DNA of 11,123 nucleotides, taken from positions 1 through 11,123 of the forward strand of contig JBGQMB010000028.1 of assembly GCA_041500405.1 (NCBI GenBank), given 5' to 3'. The notes below the pieces were generated by a model that saw only the letters and a list, made by a program, of their open reading frames with translations, was not told where the DNA came from and did no database searches. Source of the stretch: Candidatus Micrarchaeia archaeon (GTDB taxonomy: Archaea; Micrarchaeota; Micrarchaeia; Anstonellales; J096). Each line of letters starts with the position of its first letter. The first letter of the stretch is position 1. This document shows positions 7,439-11,123 of the stretch, one piece after another. The translations under genes and the position numbers were made by a program.

Positions 7439-10400
7439 TCACTGCCTGGGCGCCTGGGCCTTTGCCCTGACTTTTGAGACGTACCAGCCGATGCTTATTA
7501 TAATGGCCATCACAACGAGCAGCCACAGCAAATTCGCGGACGAGACTATTACGCTCATTGCCTGCGAGATTGCTGTGTCAATCCTGAGACCGCCCAGGAT
7601 TGTCTCGTTCCCCACAGTCTGGTTTCCGCCTGCCGTGATGTTGGACGTTATGTTGGTTGTCACAGATGCGTTGCCGGTTGTCAGGTTTTCGGTTATGCCC
7701 GGCCCTTCCCTGGGCTGCGGCTTTTTGTTAGTGCCGTATTTGCAGGACACCGTGAAATCAATGGAATACGCCGAGCCGTAGAGGTATGTTGCCGCCGTGT
7801 AGTCGCCATTGTCAATGTAAAGGAAAGTGAGTCCGTCGGGCCCGGCCCTTCCTCCGGTGGAAACAGGCTCTCCGGATGACGTGGTCCCTGAAAGCCCGAC
7901 TGCCGCCAACACGGGGTTGGAGCCCCAGAACACCCTTATGTTGACTGTCGCGCCGTCATCCTTGGCCTTGCCGCAGGCATAAGCAACTTCCAGGTTGGCG
8001 GTGCTGACCGGGCACCATGACTTTATGGAGAATGTGCCGGACGCGCCCGAATATCCTTGTTTGGTTGCATTTGCGTCAAAGAAGTCCCCTGATACGTCCC
8101 TGAAGACAGCGGCGCCGTATTGGTCTGTCTGCGCTGTTTCCGCCTTTCCTGATAGCGAAACTGTCGCTCCTTGTACCGCAGTGCCGTTTTCGTCGCTGAC
8201 CGTTACCTCAAAGGTGCTTGCCGTGCCGTCGCAGAACGGCAAGGCGGAGACGTAGAGCTGCGGCAGGGCCGCCGTCTGGTTGGCGGGCGGGGTTATGTTG
8301 CACAGCACCTCAAACGACGCTTCCGCGCTTTCATACCCGTCCTTTGTCCCTGAGACAGTGAAGTTCCCGTCCAGCATGGCAGGGAATGTCGCCTTTCCGC
8401 TTGAATCTGTGTAATATGCCTGTTCTATGCCCGCGATGTTCAATGCGACCGAGACCACTGGGCTGGAGTTGCTGGTTGCTGTTATTGTTGCGTCTCCCGT
8501 GCTGTCTGTGTTGCACGAAACGCCGGCTGAAAGGTTTAGAATGGGCGTGATATTCTGCTCAGGTTCCTCTTCCCCCCCTTCTTTGCCCTCATGGCTTTCG
8601 TGGAGCAGGGTATAGCAGGTGTTATCAGAGCCCGTGTTGTTGGACGTGTCGTTGGCAAAGACGGTCAGGCAATGCACGCCATAATCGGACGTTGCGGATA
8701 TGTTTGTGCAGTTGGCCAGGGCAATTGCCGTGCCGTTGTCGATGGAGTACCAGCAGCTGTCAAGGTATGTTTCATTGACAGTGTATGTTATCTGGAACGA
8801 GCCCGTCACAGGCCCGCTTGGGCTTGTTGCGTTGACCTGCGGCGCTGTCGTGTCTATTGTGATGTTCCTTGTTTCCGTGATATTTTGGTTTCCAGACATG
8901 TCGGAGCATTTGGCATTGAAATGGTATCCGCCGTCCGGGATGTTGGACAGCGTTACGTTCGCCCAGGTGTTTGCATCGGCATTGTTGACGGCCATCGGCA
9001 ATCCCAGATTAATAAACGGGATTTTTATGTCGCCGCCCGTGTAGTTGGTTGATTCGCCGTTGCTGTCCAAGCCATAGCATACGGAGTTGCCGTTGCTGAG
9101 CAGGTAGCAAGTATGCAGGTAACTTGCGGAAAGCGCGATTGCGTTGCCGCCGGCGTAGCTGGTTGATTCGCCGTTGCTGTTGTCGCCGTAGCAGGCGGAG
9201 TTGCCGTTGCTGAGCAGGTAGCATGTTTGGGCGTTGCCTGCGGAAAGCGCGATTGCGTCGCCTCCGGTGTAGTTGGTTGCCCTGCCGTAGTCGTTGTCGC
9301 CGTAGCAGATGGAGTTGCCGCTGCTGAGCAGGTAGCAAGTATGCAGGTAACTTGCGGAAAGCGCGATTGCGTCGCCTCCGGTGTAGTTGGTTGCCTGGCC
9401 GTAGCCGTTCCAGCCGTAGCAGATGGAGTTGCCACTGGACAGGAGATAGCATGTGTGGTAGTTGCCTGCGGAAAGCGCGATTGCGTCGCCGCCGGTATAT
9501 GGGTTGGCGCTGCCAGTGACGTTGCGGCCGTAGCAGATGGAGTTGCCGCTGGACAGGAGATAGCAGGTGTGATATTGGCCTACGGCGATTGCAATTGCGT
9601 CGCCTCCTGTGTAGTTGGTTGACTGGCCATTGTCGCCGTAGCATGGGATGTCGCCATTGCAGTCGTTGCTGCCGAAGCATGTTGAGTTTCCGTTGGACCT
9701 GAGGTAGCAGGTGTGCATGTACATTGCGGAAACCGCGATTGCGTCGCCGCCGGTGTAGTTGGTTGATCTGCCGTAGTCGTTGTCGCCGTAGCATACTGAG
9801 TTGCCGTTGGAAAGGAGATAGCATGTTTGGTAATATCCTGCGGCAATTGTCTTGCGGTTTAGCATGTTGAACGATGAATAGTTGTTGACGCCGATTGAGG
9901 CGTTGTAGTCAAAAATGCCGCCGTAGATGCCAAGGTGCCTTATGTTGGTCCAGAGCAGGTATGTCGTATTTATGGTGAGATAACATGAACTGAGGTTTTC
10001 GCTTGATGACACGTTTATCGTTATGCTGCTATTGTTTAGGTTAGCGCTGTTGTTCGGCGTAGGCGATGCGAAGGATATTGCCGGGTTTGTCGTGTCATTG
10101 AGCTGGAGTATGCCGAAAATGCTGAAGCCGTTTAAGTTGGATACGCTCAGCGTGTTGCCGGCTGTGTCTGGCGTGCTGTTAACGATAAGCCAAACAGTGC
10201 CGTTGTATTCCATAAGCCTGAAGAATGATTCGTCGTATCCAGTTGATTCGCTGTCGTCCCAGGCCCAGGATATCAAGTCTATTGAAGGAGAGCCTGCGAT
10301 GGTTGTGATGTTCACGAACTTCTGCCCGAAACTGGCATATTCGTCCGGCAGGGCAGAGGTGTTGGAGGACCAGTTTATTATGAATGATTCCCCTGAGCCT

Positions 10401-11123
10401 ATGACATCACTTATGGAAATGTTTGTGAAGTTTCCGTAATTCCCGGCTGGGCTGTCAAAGACCATGCCCGAAGGGGTTACGTTGGTTTCTATTGCGCCGC
10501 TCCCTGCAACGAGGTCGTTGCTGTTGTTGTAGAAATGCCAATCGGCCATGGTGTTGTTGGAGCCCCCCAGGAGGTATAGGCCGAAATTGCTGTTGCCGAA
10601 GGCAGTGTTGTTGTTTATGGTGTTGTTGAAGCTGGCCGAAACCATGAAGCCGCTGTCTGCGTTGTTGAATGAGGTGTCGTTGGAAATGCCGCTGTCATTG
10701 GTCGCGATTATTGAAAAGCCATGCCAGGTGTTGTTGCCTGACTCGCAGCCTGTTATTGTGCTGTTTAGGCACTCCTCGATGTTGAAGCCGTCCATCTGGT
10801 TGTTGCGCGCCCGGCTTTCCAATATTAAAACATCGGCGGACTGGAAGACGGAAAAGCCGTCGGCTATGTTGTCGCTGGCTGTGTTGTTGGACAGGGCGCT
10901 GTTGTCGCCGTAGCTTATGTTGAAGCCGAAGTCGTTGCCATAGGCGGCGTTGTCAATGAAGTCATTGCCGTGGCTGGAAAGCGCGCGGAAGCCGTTCTGG
11001 GTGTTGTTGTATGCCGTGTTATTGGCGAATGAGTTGTTGTCCGAGCCGGAATTGATGAAGAAGCCGTCGGCGGTGTTGTTGTAGGCGGTGTTGTTGGCCA
11101 AGGTGTTGTTGCTGGAGCCCGAA
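7439..11123 (-). CDS. Large modular cell-surface glycoprotein (5'-truncated): parallel beta-helix repeats, beta-sandwich, Ig-like domains, 7-bladed RCC1-like propeller, ~3 prealbumin/carboxypeptidase-regulatory-like domains, C-terminal TM anchor
   Basis: The frame is open from the window edge (SGSSNNTLANNT...) to TGA at 7439, so the track's start at 11101 is an internal TTG. NNTAYNN..GF repeats; many N-x-S/T sequons; hydrophobic LLWLLVVMAIIISIGWYV (7478-7531) followed by a basic tail. Confidence 0.93.
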   Translation of the reverse strand, partial: SGSSNNTLANNTAYNNTADGFFINSGSDNNSFANNTAYNNTQNGFRALSSHGNDFIDNAAYGNDFGFNISYGDNSALSNNTASDNIADGFSVFQSADVLILESRARNNQMDGFNIEECLNSTITGCESGNNTWHGFSIIATNDSGISNDTSFNNADSGFMVSASFNNTINNNTAFGNSNFGLYLLGGSNNTMADWHFYNNSNDLVAGSGAIETNVTPSGMVFDSPAGNYGNFTNISISDVIGSGESFIINWSSNTSALPDEYASFGQKFVNITTIAGSPSIDLISWAWDDSESTGYDESFFRLMEYNGTVWLIVNSTPDTAGNTLSVSNLNGFSIFGILQLNDTTNPAISFASPTPNNSANLNNSSITINVSSSENLSSCYLTINTTYLLWTNIRHLGIYGGIFDYNASIGVNNYSSFNMLNRKTIAAGYYQTCYLLSNGNSVCYGDNDYGRSTNYTGGDAIAVSAMYMHTCYLRSNGNSTCFGSNDCNGDIPCYGDNGQSTNYTGGDAIAIAVGQYHTCYLLSSGNSICYGRNVTGSANPYTGGDAIALSAGNYHTCYLLSSGNSICYGWNGYGQATNYTGGDAIALSASYLHTCYLLSSGNSICYGDNDYGRATNYTGGDAIALSAGNAQTCYLLSNGNSACYGDNSNGESTSYAGGNAIALSASYLHTCYLLSNGNSVCYGLDSNGESTNYTGGDIKIPFINLGLPMAVNNADANTWANVTLSNIPDGGYHFNAKCSDMSGNQNITETRNITIDTTAPQVNATSPSGPVTGSFQITYTVNETYLDSCWYSIDNGTAIALANCTNISATSDYGVHCLTVFANDTSNNTGSDNTCYTLLHESHEGKEGGEEEPEQNITPILNLSAGVSCNTDSTGDATITATSNSSPVVSVALNIAGIEQAYYTDSSGKATFPAMLDGNFTVSGTKDGYESAEASFEVLCNITPPANQTAALPQLYVSALPFCDGTASTFEVTVSDENGTAVQGATVSLSGKAETAQTDQYGAAVFRDVSGDFFDANATKQGYSGASGTFSIKSWCPVSTANLEVAYACGKAKDDGATVNIRVFWGSNPVLAAVGLSGTTSSGEPVSTGGRAGPDGLTFLYIDNGDYTAATYLYGSAYSIDFTVSCKYGTNKKPQPREGPGITENLTTGNASVTTNITSNITAGGNQTVGNETILGGLRIDTAISQAMSVIVSSANLLWLLVVMAIIISIGWYVSKVRAKAQAPRQ
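9029..9856 (-). repeat. Seven tandem coding repeats (114 nt / 38 aa; one of 144 nt), RCC1/BLIP-II-like blades
   Basis: Units at 9743-9856, 9599-9742, 9485-9598, 9371-9484, 9257-9370, 9143-9256 and 9029-9142. Consensus AIALSAxxxHTCYLLSxGNSxCYGxNxxGxxTNYTGGD matches the RCC1 pattern (I..G..HT..L...G...C.G.N..G). Confidence 0.92.
10530..11123 (-). repeat. Right-handed parallel beta-helix (NosD/PbH1-like) repeats, ~22-23 aa
   Basis: Repeated NNTAYNNxxxGFxxxxSxxNxxxxNNTA pattern in the translation; continues beyond the window. Confidence 0.8.

Noticed and set aside
7398..7526. 43-aa N-terminal extension of TyrRS in the ORF track
   Set aside because: It overlaps the surface-protein 3' end and spans the TATA box. 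The ATG at 7397 gives the typical archaeal N-terminus.
9009..9846. Alternative-frame repetitive ORFs (Arg/Gln-rich 271 aa; Ala/Thr-rich 136 and 88 aa; antisense 131 aa)
   Set aside because: These are shadows of the stop-poor 114-nt coding repeat, with no independent signals.
9029..9856. Possible CRISPR array or diversity-generating retroelement TR/VR pair
   Set aside because: The repeats are in-frame coding units without unique spacers. The differences are not visibly adenine-specific, and no reverse transcriptase or non-coding template is seen in the window.
10100..10150. GPS/ZU5-like autoproteolysis motif at 'NLNGFSIFGIL'
   Set aside because: It lacks the His of the H-(L/F)-(S/T) catalytic motif.

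Overview
Archaeal chromosomal window, probably from a DPANN lineage such as Micrarchaeota. That placement is inferred from the archaeal-type IleRS/TyrRS, TATA-box promoters, GGTG Shine-Dalgarno motifs and very tight gene packing. From left to right: a 5' fragment of a minus-strand gene missing from the ORF track (possibly ankyrin-repeat), a palindrome-dense divergent intergenic region, and a plus-strand pair of a KaiC-like ATPase and ileS. These are followed by a convergent small basic 8-Cys zinc-finger gene and a minus-strand tyrS / P-loop NMP-kinase-like / enolase / 4-TM membrane protein operon. The window ends in the 3' part (>1,220 aa) of a large membrane-anchored surface glycoprotein. No mobile element, CRISPR array, rRNA or tRNA was recognised. 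The most interesting object is the surface protein. It carries a 7-bladed RCC1/BLIP-II-like propeller built from unusually short 38-aa (114-nt) repeats, apparently inserted into the middle of an Ig-like domain. Variation is concentrated in two loops per blade, and identical DNA patches are shared between non-adjacent blades. I see no clear complete novel multi-gene system; the candidates are listed with caveats.
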